In this document: in pieces, positions 9,488 through 19,618 of the stretch
Layout of the letters: every line of letters starts with the position of its first letter
Numbering within the stretch: position 1 is the first letter of the stretch
DNA from: Poseidonia sp.
GTDB taxonomy: Archaea > Thermoplasmatota > Poseidoniia > Poseidoniales > Poseidoniaceae
Direction of reading: 5' to 3'
Assembly: GCA_965661285.1 (NCBI GenBank)
Contig: CBFIDD010000003.1
Location: 128,001-192,000 of the forward strand
DNA: 64,000 nucleotides
Translations under genes and position numbers: made by a program
Notes under the pieces: model-generated
What the model saw: the letters and a program-made list of their open reading frames with translations, nothing else
What the model was told of the DNA's origin: nothing
The model's database searches: none

Positions 9488-10501
9488 TCACAGCGGGCCC
9501 ATGAAGCCGAGCCATGAAGGCGGGATGAATGAGATGATGACCAGCGAGAGGAACATCCACCCGAGGTAGAACAGACTCCTGAAGAAGGATTTGGCTGCCT
9601 TCGGCATACGGCCGTTTTCATCAAACGGTTCGTTCGGGTCAATCGCCCACACGGAAGCAGCGTACCACAGCGTGAAGCCGCCCGAGACAAAGGCCCACAG
9701 CAACGGGAGACCGGATTCCGGCCAAAAGCAAGGCACAGAACCCAACATCAACAGCAACACGCAGTAGACTTTGGATTGGAGTACGGTGTGTTCAGCACCC
9801 TTGACTTCGTTGAGCATCGGGATGTTCACCTTGCCGTATTCTCCAGACCTGTACAAGGCCAAGGCCCAGAAATGAGGCGGGGTCCAAAGGAAGATGAGGA
9901 AAAACAGCATCCACGGCACAGGGGAGCCAAGGTCAAGCATGTTGGCGTTGGCGATGGAATCACCGGCGGCCGCCGCCCAGCCGATGAGCGGGGGTGTGGA
10001 ACCAGCAATGCCCCCGATCACGATGTTTTGGGGCGTACGGCGCTTGAGCCACATGGAGTAGACGAGCACGTAAAACAAAACGGAAAAGGCCGACCAAAAA
10101 GCAGCTTTTACGCTGACCAGGAGGAACAACGCAGAGCCCAACACTGCGATGGTCGAGCCGAACAACAGCGCAAAGCGTGGTGTAGCGTGCCCCAGCGGGA
10201 TGGGGCGGTTCATGGTCCGTCGCATGTGGGGGTCAATATCCGCATCGTACCACATGTTGATGGCGTTCGAACCGCCGGCGGAGAGGGTTCCACCCACGAC
10301 GGTAATGAGCATGGCACGAACGGTATCGCCCCATGTGCGCTCAATGTCCATGACATCGTATCGGGCAAAGGTGTCGTGGACGAGAATGGCGCAGATGGCG
10401 GTAATTTGCAACAACACGATAACGCGTAATTTCATCAGTTGGGTCATCACCTTCAGCAGGCCCGGATACCCCGAAGAAGAAGCATCGGCCAGCGCACTCA
10501 T
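9488..10501 (-). CDS. ctaB: Protoheme IX farnesyltransferase (heme O synthase)
   Basis: NMWYDADIDPHMRRTMNRPIP, LKRRTPQNIVIGGIAG, WTPPHFWALA. Confidence 0.95.
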   Translation of the reverse strand: MSALADASSSGYPGLLKVMTQLMKLRVIVLLQITAICAILVHDTFARYDVMDIERTWGDTVRAMLITVVGGTLSAGGSNAINMWYDADIDPHMRRTMNRPIPLGHATPRFALLFGSTIAVLGSALFLLVSVKAAFWSAFSVLFYVLVYSMWLKRRTPQNIVIGGIAGSTPPLIGWAAAAGDSIANANMLDLGSPVPWMLFFLIFLWTPPHFWALALYRSGEYGKVNIPMLNEVKGAEHTVLQSKVYCVLLLMLGSVPCFWPESGLPLLWAFVSGGFTLWYAASVWAIDPNEPFDENGRMPKAAKSFFRSLFYLGWMFLSLVIISFIPPSWLGFMGPL

Positions 10502-11574
10502 TCAGCCTCACCCGAACCGATGATATCGCTGGGGTGATGGCGACTAAACCGCATCGCAAACATGAGGAAAACAGCTGAGAGGAAAGCGCCGACACCCACC
10601 ACCAAATGCAGGAGAGAAAGCCACTCCGGGAAATCACCAACCTTGGCAAACACGATGTATGAACCGCCGACCATCACATTGAGCAGCCAAACACCGGTCG
10701 TCATTTCTGCAAATCGAACGAGTTCGGCACTTCCGGGTGCTTGTTGTGAGGACATGCGGAGGTTGCTGACGCCCAACACCAGCACCAAACCGACCAGCAA
10801 TGCGCCGAATCGATGAATCATCTGGATGAACACACCCGGGCCGTCCAGTGAAGGCAAGATGGAACCCTGACATTTTGGCCACCCATCGGGAAATCCAACC
10901 GAGCAACTCTGGTTGTATTGACCACCTGCCGAGGATGAAACCCACGCCCCCAAGACAAGGAGTAAACCCACAGCAGCCGTCATGGAATGGATACGTCTTG
11001 AGTGGGCATCAACGAATGATCTTGGTGCGTCGAGAAAGGACCAGTCGGCTCCTTCCGTGATTCTCATGGACATGTACTGCCACAGCAAGCCGGCCGTGAA
11101 GATACAAGCCAACGAGAGGTGAAGGGCAACGGTCCAATCGGCGTTATCGTAGCGTACGGTGATGTAGCCTGCTGTGGCCTGAACGAGCAGCAGAACTGCA
11201 GAGAATTGGGACGCCCGTTCAACCGGTACGCCGTACCGGTCGCGCCGGCGACGAGTGAAGAACACGTTGAGTACGATGGGGACGGCGATAACCCCCACGA
11301 GCATGCGATGGAACCATTCAACGAAGATCTGGAATACGGTGTACCGATGGTCTTCTCCTCTGGAATCGATTTGGTCGGGATTGGCTTCCCAGTAGGCTGC
11401 CTGCTCGGCTTCAGAGACGGCAAAATGCCAGGTGCCGAAGCAGGTTGGCCATTCGGGGCACGATTCCCCGGCATCGTTGATGCGGATGGAGCCACCCACG
11501 ATGACGATAAGCAAAGCCATCACGGCCAGAATCATCGGAAGAGTGGATGGACGGCGCCACCACGATTGTTCCAT
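10498..11574 (-). CDS. ctaA: Heme A synthase (CtaA/COX15)
   Basis: CPEWPTC, EWFHR, second Cys pair CSVGFPDGWPKC, QMIHR; overlaps the ctaB start. Confidence 0.92.
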   Translation of the reverse strand: MEQSWWRRPSTLPMILAVMALLIVIVGGSIRINDAGESCPEWPTCFGTWHFAVSEAEQAAYWEANPDQIDSRGEDHRYTVFQIFVEWFHRMLVGVIAVPIVLNVFFTRRRRDRYGVPVERASQFSAVLLLVQATAGYITVRYDNADWTVALHLSLACIFTAGLLWQYMSMRITEGADWSFLDAPRSFVDAHSRRIHSMTAAVGLLLVLGAWVSSSAGGQYNQSCSVGFPDGWPKCQGSILPSLDGPGVFIQMIHRFGALLVGLVLVLGVSNLRMSSQQAPGSAELVRFAEMTTGVWLLNVMVGGSYIVFAKVGDFPEWLSLLHLVVGVGAFLSAVFLMFAMRFSRHHPSDIIGSGEAE

Positions 11575-11607
11575 GAACAACGGTGAGAGCAGACCCCTTT
11601 TGAACAA

Positions 11608-12528
11608 ATGCCTCCACCCCCATGCATGGCATCCACACCTTGGCCGGCCGTCGTGCTGTTGCTCTTGGTGATCAATACGGGCGTTGTATCGGCCAACCAA
11701 AACGAAACAACCGAGGAAGAAGGGCGTTTGTTGGATGTCCGAACGTTCACACATGCGTGCTTTGAAAACGCCTCGTGCGAGCCATCACAACCAACTCACC
11801 TCGTTGAATATTTCAGTGCTGATTGGTGCGAACCCTGCGTCCAGGTTGGCGAGCAGTTGGACAACCTCAGCGACGAGAAGGTCGTCGTGTTACAGCACCA
11901 TGCCTCGCCACAAGACGCCACGTTTCTTTCAGCTTCCAAACTGAAATACGACCAAGAGTTCAGGCTCCTGTTTTATCCCTCCGTGGTGGTAAATGGAAAG
12001 CACTTGCTGACCGGAAGCCGCCAAGCCTTGGACCTTGAGAGCGTGATGGAGAACAACACACCCAGGTGGGACGGACTTGAGTCCTTGATGGTCGAGAATC
12101 AAACCATGACGTGGAATGCATCACATGAAGGGACGGTTTCTGTTTGGCTCCTCGCCCCGACGCCCCATCAGACATCAGGAAAAATCCACCATGCCGTAGC
12201 TTACGAACGCCTCGAGGTGGACGCCGGGGCGGGTACGTTGACCATCGATTCGGACCAACTTCGAGCGAACACCTCGTTCGTTGTGTTGCTTGAGGAGCCC
12301 GGTCGACGAACATTGAGCGTAGCCTCCCTCGCTCCTACAGGCCCGGTGGACATCAGCGAGGGAGGAGAGGTTTCGACCTCCCCCGGCACGGGTTGGTTCG
12401 ACCGAGAGATGGCCATGATGGTCGGCTTGGTGCTGGTTCTTGCCTTGGCCCCTGCTTTTATCATTCATCGCGAACTCATGACCGGCGCCCAACCGCAAAA
12501 GCATCCTATTGAAGACGGCAATGAGTGA
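11608..12528 (+). CDS. Exported, membrane-anchored thioredoxin-fold protein
   Basis: Signal sequence, VEYFSADWCEPC, YPSVVVNG cis-Pro loop, C-terminal TM helix. Confidence 0.7.
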   Translation: MPPPPCMASTPWPAVVLLLLVINTGVVSANQNETTEEEGRLLDVRTFTHACFENASCEPSQPTHLVEYFSADWCEPCVQVGEQLDNLSDEKVVVLQHHASPQDATFLSASKLKYDQEFRLLFYPSVVVNGKHLLTGSRQALDLESVMENNTPRWDGLESLMVENQTMTWNASHEGTVSVWLLAPTPHQTSGKIHHAVAYERLEVDAGAGTLTIDSDQLRANTSFVVLLEEPGRRTLSVASLAPTGPVDISEGGEVSTSPGTGWFDREMAMMVGLVLVLALAPAFIIHRELMTGAQPQKHPIEDGNE

Positions 12529-12588
12529 GTTAGGTTCAAAAAGAGTTGCCATGTGGCTCGCATGCGAATCTCTCGCAGTTGATGACTT

Positions 12589-12840
12589 ATGGTGAAGCCA
12601 GCACGCCAACACACCCGCTTTGAACGCGCTCGAATCATTGGTGCCCGTGCACTCCAAATCGGGATGGGCGCACCGCTCTACGCCACCGAAGAAGTCCTCC
12701 GTGACCAATTCAAGGACGAACTCGTCTCCCTCTACGGTCTTGAAGAAGCAAGCATCCGCTTCGTCCTCGACCCGTTGAAAATCGCGCTTTACGAGTACGA
12801 GAACCACCTGATTCCCATTGACGTTGACCCTCACGAGTGA
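12589..12840 (+). CDS. rpoK: DNA-directed RNA polymerase subunit K (Rpo6/omega)
   Basis: [21 protein letters not shown]...DPLKIALYE...IPI. Confidence 0.95.
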   Translation: MVKPARQHTRFERARIIGARALQIGMGAPLYATEEVLRDQFKDELVSLYGLEEASIRFVLDPLKIALYEYENHLIPIDVDPHE

Positions 12841-13934
12841 GTCAAGTCGCTGGTAAACCCGTAGAATTCAGCGTTGGCCAAACCAGGCAGCGCCTCGCGC
12901 TTGACCAGAAGCGTGCGAACCGCCCACAAATCAACAAACACTCGGTATTTCGTCGTGGCGTCCAAATAATCCACGCCGCTTGAGCCACCGGTGCCCATTC
13001 GCCGACCGATCATCCGCTCAACCATCCGGGCGTGATGCGTTCTGAAAAGCAGCATTGACTGCTCCAGTTCAACAAAACTGTCCACCAGACGGCGGGGCCA
13101 GGAAAGCAAAGGCAACTCCCGGTACGATTCGATGAACAAAAGACCCGCACGACTTCGTATGGGTTCCCCGTCATCGAGGAGGAAACGCTCGGCACCGGCG
13201 ATACCCGCCTCAATGCGTGGGCGGATGGTCGCTTCATCGCCATGACCGATGGCGACCATGTGAGCGATGACCTCCTCGCCATGGGCCCGCATGGCATCGA
13301 GGTGATGGTCAACATACGCTCGTACCGTCGATGCATCGTCTTCTGACCCGGGTGATGAGCCGTGAATGGGCGTTCTTGCCAACCAAGCGTTGAGCACGTC
13401 GTTGAGGGAGGGCTCCGATGCCGTAGCCTCAACGTCGGCAAGGGCTTGTGTTGGAACCTTACCCTGTTGAGCGAGTTGTTTCATGTGGTTGAGCGGGTCC
13501 ATGCCGCCGACCCGCTGATCGTTCTCCAAGCCCAGCAACACCTCGAGTTCACGCATTTGCCACGATTCAAACCCTGAAGAGGTCCCCAGCCTGTCCCGAA
13601 ACGCCAGAAAATCCTGTGGAGAGAGGGTTTCCATGACCTTCCACTGGTCGGCAAGGAGGCGGAAAATCTCACTCACGCGCTCAAGATGGTGAACCACTTT
13701 CGGAATGGTCGCTTCTTCAATGCGCACTTGATTCATCAATTGGCGGGCCTCTTTGAGTTCACGAAGAATCAGTTTGAACCACAGTTCAAACGTTTGATGG
13801 ACGATAATAAAATGAAGCTCATCGTTGGACGGGGGCGGCGTGTAGCCCTCCGGGCCGTCCTGTAAAGCCAGCAATTCTTCGAGGCGAAGGTATCCCCCGT
13901 AGGTGATACGAGCGGCTGGAGCGTCGGTTGCCAT
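12831..13934 (-). CDS. kynA: Tryptophan 2,3-dioxygenase
   Basis: [61 protein letters not shown]. Confidence 0.93.
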   Translation of the reverse strand: MATDAPAARITYGGYLRLEELLALQDGPEGYTPPPSNDELHFIIVHQTFELWFKLILRELKEARQLMNQVRIEEATIPKVVHHLERVSEIFRLLADQWKVMETLSPQDFLAFRDRLGTSSGFESWQMRELEVLLGLENDQRVGGMDPLNHMKQLAQQGKVPTQALADVEATASEPSLNDVLNAWLARTPIHGSSPGSEDDASTVRAYVDHHLDAMRAHGEEVIAHMVAIGHGDEATIRPRIEAGIAGAERFLLDDGEPIRSRAGLLFIESYRELPLLSWPRRLVDSFVELEQSMLLFRTHHARMVERMIGRRMGTGGSSGVDYLDATTKYRVFVDLWAVRTLLVKREALPGLANAEFYGFTSDLTHS

Positions 13935-14095
13935 ACCGTTTCCATGTCGAACAACCCCATGAATCCTTCACCCGCAAGGCGGTCCAACGCCTCGTTTCTC
14001 GGCAGCGATTCGGGTGTGGAAGAAACCGAGCCAGAGGGCGCATCTACATTCTTCACTGACATAATACTCATAGAGCGATTACGAAACCCCTCCAT

Positions 14096-15208
14096 ATGGG
14101 CGTACCACTCTCTACGGTGCAGGAATGGCTTCAGGGCTATGACAAAGAAGCCATCACCGTCGGCGTTGTGGCCTCTCACTCCTCGCTTCAAATCCTCCAC
14201 GGTGCACGACAAGAAGGCTTTCGCACCCTCGGGATTGCTGTGGGAGAGAACCGGCGTCGCTTCTACAAGGCCTTCCCGGGAGCCGAGCCCGATGAATGGT
14301 TGATGCTGGACGATTACCGTGAAATGCTCGACCACGCCGAGTGGTTCCGCGAAAAGAACGTCATCATCGTCCCTCACGGCTCGCTGGTGGAGTATCTTGG
14401 AGCCAACAATTTCAGAAATCTCGAAGTTCCAACCTTCGGCAACAGAAACATCCTGCACTGGGAGAGCAGCCGTGCGCTTCAACGCCAGTGGCTTGAGGAC
14501 GGTGGCTGCACGATGCCAAAGGTGGTGGAAGACCCGCACAACATCGACGGCCCCGTCATTGTCAAATATGCTGGAGCAAAAGGCGGACGAGGGTACTTTA
14601 TCGCTCGAGACTACCGTGATTTCCGACGCAACGTGGACATTGAGGAGGAATTTACCATCCAAGAATACGTGCTCGGGTGCCGATATTACCTGCATTTCTT
14701 CTTCGACCCCACGGCGGAGGATGGATTCCAAGTCCAGGGCCGCGGCGCCCACGCCGGCAAAAACCTTGGTCGACTGGAACTCCTCTCCATGGACCGGCGC
14801 GATGAGAGCAACGTTGACGAATTCTACAAACTGGGTTCGCTGCGCGACCTTCGTGAAATGTCCCTTGAACCGTCCTTCGTGGTGACCGGCAACCAACCCG
14901 TTGTCATCAGGGAATCCCTTCTCCCGCGTGCCTTCGAAATGGCCGAAGGCACCGTGGCCGCCTCCTACGAGCTTGAAGAGGGCTCTCGGGGCATGCTCGG
15001 TCCGTTTTGCTTAGAGACCATCGTCACGGACAAATTGGAATTCAAGGTGTTTGAGATCAGCGCTCGAATCGTCGCAGGATCAAACCCCTTCGTCGGCGGT
15101 TCACCTTACTCTGACATCAACGAGCCGTTCATGTCGACCGGGCGTCGAATTGCACGTTCCATTCGCAAAGCGCTGGACGCTGATCGCCTCGACGACATCA
15201 TTTCGTGA
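14096..15208 (+). CDS. purP: Formate--phosphoribosylaminoimidazolecarboxamide ligase (ATP-grasp)
   Basis: ASHSSLQILHGARQEGF, IVPHGS, GAKGGRGYF, VVTGN.PVVIRESLL, GPFCLE, FEISARIVAG. Confidence 0.93.
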   Translation: MGVPLSTVQEWLQGYDKEAITVGVVASHSSLQILHGARQEGFRTLGIAVGENRRRFYKAFPGAEPDEWLMLDDYREMLDHAEWFREKNVIIVPHGSLVEYLGANNFRNLEVPTFGNRNILHWESSRALQRQWLEDGGCTMPKVVEDPHNIDGPVIVKYAGAKGGRGYFIARDYRDFRRNVDIEEEFTIQEYVLGCRYYLHFFFDPTAEDGFQVQGRGAHAGKNLGRLELLSMDRRDESNVDEFYKLGSLRDLREMSLEPSFVVTGNQPVVIRESLLPRAFEMAEGTVAASYELEEGSRGMLGPFCLETIVTDKLEFKVFEISARIVAGSNPFVGGSPYSDINEPFMSTGRRIARSIRKALDADRLDDIIS

Positions 15209-15210
15209 AC

Positions 15211-16989
15211 TCAATCTTCGCTCAATGCGTCAAGATCGGGGGCACCGGGCAGGTCTGCCATATTATCGTGACCATCGGGTTCTTGCTCCCCATCCTCAAT
15301 GGCTTCAGGAGCCTCGGATTCATCTGAGGGCGCTTCAGAGGAAGGCGATTCAATGGCTGCAGAGGTCGCTTTGATCTCAGCCTCAAGTTCGGCCCTTCGA
15401 GCCTCGCGCTCCTCGGCAGATGGCAGGTCAAATTCTGCGACCAGCATGATGGGGTCACCGCTGGAGAGTTCACCGTTGTATTCCAAGGGTTCACCGCCGG
15501 GGTTGACGATGACTTGGAACTTCGTTGGGTCCTTACTCCTGCGCTTTTGGTGCTTTTTGTAGTGGTGGACGTAGACCTGATACTTTCCTGAGGGAGCCTT
15601 GCCTTCCTCCCAGAAGACGTTCTCGACCGGTTTCCGGGTTTCGGCTCGAACGTTGGCATCAACGTCAAGTTCGCCACCACAGGCGGATTTCTTGTTGCCA
15701 CCGTGAATGCGCTCGCCAGATGGACAAACAACATGCAGGTCCAAATCGTTGTAGTTGTTCCACATCAGTGAGATTTGAACGTCCGACGACTGGGCTCCCT
15801 CGCGCTCGAGGCGAGCCTTGAGTTCGGACATGGCTCGCTGAGCCGCCTCTTTGGACTCGAGGACCTCCTGTTCTCGTGCAGCCTCAATTTCGGCAAGGCG
15901 TTCGGCCTCGGCCGCTTCAAGTTCAGCTTGCCGATTCTCCTCGGCCTCTGAAATTGCAGCCTCGGCCTCGGGGACATCCATTCCAGCAGCACGCAGCTCT
16001 TCTTCCAACGCCCTTCGGCGAGCGGCCCGTTCTTCGGGGGATGGCAGGTTGAATTCTGCGACGAGCATGATGGGGTCGCCCATCGAAAGCTCGCCGTTGT
16101 ATTCGCGAGGATCACCGCCCTCATTAATGATCACCTGGAATTTGGTCGGGTCTTTGCTACGGCGCTTCTTGTGCTTCTTGTAGTAGTGGACATAGACCTG
16201 ATACCTGCCTGCAGGTGCTTTTCCATCTTCCCAAAACACGTTTTCCACAGGCTTTCGGGTTTCGGCCCGAACGTTGGCGTCAACATCGAGTTCACCGCCA
16301 CACGCTGAAATTTTGTTACCACCGTGAATCCGTTCGCCAGAAGGACACACAACATGGAGGTCAAGGTCGTTGTAGTTGTTCCACATCAAAGAGATCTGCA
16401 CGTCCGAAGATTGTGCACCTTCTCGTTCAAGGCGAGCACGAAGTTCGGACATGGCTCGCTGAGCCGCTTCTCTGGACTCCAACTTCTCCTGTTCACGCGC
16501 CGCCTCAATTTCTGCAAGGCGTTGCTCTTCCGCATCAGCGAGTTCGGCTTGTCGCGCTGCCTCTCGTTCGGCAGCGAGCCGAGCTTCTTCTGCATCGCGT
16601 TCCGCAGCTCGCTGGGCCGCCTCTTCCTCTTCGCGTCGGCGGGCTTCTTCGAGTTCAGAACGGTGTTGTTCTTCCTGAAGTTCCCGTTGGCGACGGGCTT
16701 CTTCCTCAGCGCTGGCTTGTTCCTGGCGACGACGGTTGAACCGTTCCTCTGCAAGTTGCCGGTCACCCTGATTTTGCTGTCGCAGGAGGTCTTGAATGGT
16801 GGCGAGCTTTCGGTCAAGGTTTTTTTTGGCTTTTCCGAAGCCCATGCCCGATTGCTGTTGCAACAATCCTTCAGCGCTCATCCCGCTCTGAAGGTTGACT
16901 TGGGCTTCCCGGCGCATGACGATGAACATCAAGCCGAGCATGAATGCGCCTCCCAGTGCAATGGTGAGGACATAATCGGCCAATTCCAT
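15211..16989 (-). CDS. Membrane-anchored coiled-coil protein with two tandem YfaP/DUF2135-like domains
   Basis: N-terminal TM, E/A/R coiled coil, two copies of VQISLMWNNYNDLDLHVVCPSGE...LDVDAN...PVENVFW...GxYQVYVH. Confidence 0.7.
   Translation of the reverse strand: MELADYVLTIALGGAFMLGLMFIVMRREAQVNLQSGMSAEGLLQQQSGMGFGKAKKNLDRKLATIQDLLRQQNQGDRQLAEERFNRRRQEQASAEEEARRQRELQEEQHRSELEEARRREEEEAAQRAAERDAEEARLAAEREAARQAELADAEEQRLAEIEAAREQEKLESREAAQRAMSELRARLEREGAQSSDVQISLMWNNYNDLDLHVVCPSGERIHGGNKISACGGELDVDANVRAETRKPVENVFWEDGKAPAGRYQVYVHYYKKHKKRRSKDPTKFQVIINEGGDPREYNGELSMGDPIMLVAEFNLPSPEERAARRRALEEELRAAGMDVPEAEAAISEAEENRQAELEAAEAERLAEIEAAREQEVLESKEAAQRAMSELKARLEREGAQSSDVQISLMWNNYNDLDLHVVCPSGERIHGGNKKSACGGELDVDANVRAETRKPVENVFWEEGKAPSGKYQVYVHHYKKHQKRRSKDPTKFQVIVNPGGEPLEYNGELSSGDPIMLVAEFDLPSAEEREARRAELEAEIKATSAAIESPSSEAPSDESEAPEAIEDGEQEPDGHDNMADLPGAPDLDALSED
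15380..16551. repeat. Intragenic tandem duplication, period 621 nt (207 codons)
   Basis: Copies at about 16000-16551 and 15380-15930; for example ccacatc at 16381 and 15760. The protein copies are near-identical with many synonymous changes. Confidence 0.9.
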
Positions 16990-17090
16990 GACATCCCCAT
17001 GACAAACTACCTCTTGAAACATCCGTTTGGGTATTCACACCCTGTTATCATCACCAAAGAGCATAACAAGGTGAAAGAAGAGCGAAGACC

Positions 17091-17723
17091 ATGAGAGAGG
17101 TCTCCGCAGCGTGGGACAGGGAGGCGCTCGCCAACACCGACCTCTCACTGCTCGACGGGGTCGTTCAGCGGCTCTCATTTCTGGGGAATCTTCTCATCAC
17201 CCCGGAAGGCGTTCGCCAAATCATCCTCCCGGAATACAGAGACGGGAAATCCCGAGCGGACCTCGAAGCCATCCCGTACATCACGGTGGAGCAGGTGCTC
17301 AACGAGCGAGAAGGAGGGGCGCTGGTCGTGTGGAACACGCATGCACTGGTGTGTTTGGCCTCAACCACAGAGAACATCTACATCACACTCCCCACGGAGT
17401 ATGAAAACGGCACGCTGACCCTCACTTTCCGTGGGATACCGCAAGCCATTTCCTCCTTTGTCAAATTGAGCAAGATTGTTTTGCCTCCAGCTCAAATCCG
17501 CGTGCGGGACATCAGAGAAGACGGCCATGCCCTCATCGATGTCTTGACCCAACGGCAACATGAGTGCTACGCGCTGGCCATTGAGCACGGCTACTACAAG
17601 GAGCCCAGAGCCATCACCATCCAAGCGCTCGCCGACCTTTTGGGCATCGCGCGCTCGACCTTCCAAGAGCACTTACAAACGGCTGAAGTCGAGGTGCTCA
17701 ACTGGGCTGGAACCCAGTTGTGA
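17091..17723 (+). CDS. Bat/HTH_10-family transcriptional regulator
   Basis: C-terminal LTQRQHECYALAIEHGYYKEPRAITIQALADLLGIARSTFQEHLQTAE. Confidence 0.85.
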   Translation: MREVSAAWDREALANTDLSLLDGVVQRLSFLGNLLITPEGVRQIILPEYRDGKSRADLEAIPYITVEQVLNEREGGALVVWNTHALVCLASTTENIYITLPTEYENGTLTLTFRGIPQAISSFVKLSKIVLPPAQIRVRDIREDGHALIDVLTQRQHECYALAIEHGYYKEPRAITIQALADLLGIARSTFQEHLQTAEVEVLNWAGTQL

Positions 17724-17775
17724 GGAAGGTTTTCGCCATACAAACCTTTGATGAAGACGGCGCTCTCCGACACGC

Positions 17776-18573
17776 ATGGACAAGGCACAGCGCCTGGCGG
17801 CACTTCTGCCCAATGGGAGAGGGGTCTGGATCCCCATCGACCACGGTGCTTCTGATTACCCCAACCCCGGCCTTGAGAACGTTGAAGGCCTGATTCTGTC
17901 CCTCATCGACGCAGGCGTGAATGCCATCGTAGCGCAAAAAGGGTTGGTCACCAAATACGCCCACCTGTGCGAAGGCACATCAACGGCCATGGTGATTCAC
18001 TACTCCGTCTCAACACGACACGCCGGACCTCAAGCGAACAACAAGGTCATCGTCGGTCATGCGGATGAAACCCTTCCAAGAGGCGGTATTGGCGTCTCAA
18101 GCCAGGTGAACATGGGGAGCGAGCATGAGCCCCAAATGATTGAACGCATGGGAGAATTGAATCGCCAAGCCTTCCATGCAGACCTCCCTGCGTTCGGGAT
18201 GGTTTACGCTCGCGGGCCGAATCTCAACCATCAGTCCAACGACGAAACACAATCCCAAGCCCACGCCGTGAGGTTGGCCTTCGAGTTGGGTTGTGACGCA
18301 GCGAAATGCGTCTGGACCGGCGATGAATCCTCTTTTTCACAGGTCGCCAAGAGTGCACCGATTCCGCTACTTATGGCCGGTGGACCCTCCACCGGTGATT
18401 CAACGGCCGTCCTCACGATGGTTGAATCCGCCCTCAAGGCCGGGGCGAGCGGCGTGTGCATGGGTCGGCAGGTGTTCGCACATCCTGACCCCGGAGCGAT
18501 GGCTAAGGCGCTGGTGCTGATGGTCCACGAAGGCCATTCCGCCACAGCGGCCATGAACGCCTGTGGTTTGTGA
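17776..18573 (+). CDS. aroA': 2-amino-3,7-dideoxy-D-threo-hept-6-ulosonate synthase (AroA', DhnA-type aldolase)
   Basis: IPIDHG, YARG, LGCDAAK (Schiff-base Lys), AGGP, MGRQVF; adjacent to DHQ synthase II. Confidence 0.85.
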   Translation: MDKAQRLAALLPNGRGVWIPIDHGASDYPNPGLENVEGLILSLIDAGVNAIVAQKGLVTKYAHLCEGTSTAMVIHYSVSTRHAGPQANNKVIVGHADETLPRGGIGVSSQVNMGSEHEPQMIERMGELNRQAFHADLPAFGMVYARGPNLNHQSNDETQSQAHAVRLAFELGCDAAKCVWTGDESSFSQVAKSAPIPLLMAGGPSTGDSTAVLTMVESALKAGASGVCMGRQVFAHPDPGAMAKALVLMVHEGHSATAAMNACGL

Positions 18574-18582
18574 GTTGGTGGC

Positions 18583-19614
18583 ATGGAAATTTGGCTACGC
18601 ACGAACGAAAGAGAAGTCACCTCCTCCGCCGAAGGTGTAGACCGAATATTTTCCAAACAAACATCAGACCAATCTCTTCGTTCAGAGAACGGCGTGCTCT
18701 ACGCCGGCGAGGACATCATCGGCGCCCACGTCTTCATCAGCGACGGAACAACGCAACATGCCGGCATCGCTCATCTTGGCACAGTTGACTGGATCATGGT
18801 TGAATGTGAAACATGGTCGATGATTCCACTGGAGAATTTAATCGCCCATCGTAGCGGAAGCCACACCAAAATCGCTGCCGTGATTCGAACACCGCTAGAG
18901 GCACAAGGGGCCGGTTTTGCTTTGGAGCAGGGCGTTGATGCGCTCGTGGTTTCCCAGGATGCTTCCCTGCTGGATGCAGCGTTTAGCGTGAAGGCACAAC
19001 GCCTTGAGCAAACAGCACCTTTGGAAGCGATTCAATCTACGAAAACCGACCAACTCAACCTTACTCCTTTCGAGATTGCATCGGTTGAGGAAGCTGGGCT
19101 TGGCGACCGTTACTGTTTGGATTTCCTTACACGTTTCCGCGAGCACGAAGGCTTGCTGGTGGGCTCAAGCGCTCAAGCGCTGTTTTTGGTCCACAGCGAA
19201 ACCATCCCGTCCACCTTCGTTCCCACCCGGCCCTTTCGAGTGAACGCAGGTGCGCCACACGCGTATGTGATGATGGCCGACGGCACGACAAAATACATGA
19301 CCGAGCTTGAGGCAGGAAACGAGCTTCTTGCGGTTGATGTCACCGGAGCAACCCGACCTGTTGTCCTCGGCCGCATCAAGATTGAACAGCGCCCAATGTT
19401 GAAAATTGTCGGAAAAGCGAAGAAAAAAGGCGAACAAAACGATAATACATCACATGTTTTCATGCAGCAAGCAGAAACCGTTCGCCTTCTATCCGATGAG
19501 CCAAACGCCGTGTCAGTCACCGACCTTTCCTCGACCAAGATCGTGCTCGGATGGGTCGGTCATGCTGCCCGGCACGTTGGCTTGCCGGTCCAAGGGGGCA
19601 TTGAAGAAAGGTGA
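18583..19614 (+). CDS. aroB': 3-dehydroquinate synthase II
   Basis: WSMIPLENLIA, LEQGVD, GDRYCLD, RPFRVNAG, GRIKIEQRP, QQAETVRL, ARHVG. Confidence 0.93.
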   Translation: MEIWLRTNEREVTSSAEGVDRIFSKQTSDQSLRSENGVLYAGEDIIGAHVFISDGTTQHAGIAHLGTVDWIMVECETWSMIPLENLIAHRSGSHTKIAAVIRTPLEAQGAGFALEQGVDALVVSQDASLLDAAFSVKAQRLEQTAPLEAIQSTKTDQLNLTPFEIASVEEAGLGDRYCLDFLTRFREHEGLLVGSSAQALFLVHSETIPSTFVPTRPFRVNAGAPHAYVMMADGTTKYMTELEAGNELLAVDVTGATRPVVLGRIKIEQRPMLKIVGKAKKKGEQNDNTSHVFMQQAETVRLLSDEPNAVSVTDLSSTKIVLGWVGHAARHVGLPVQGGIEER

Positions 19615-19618
19615 TGAC

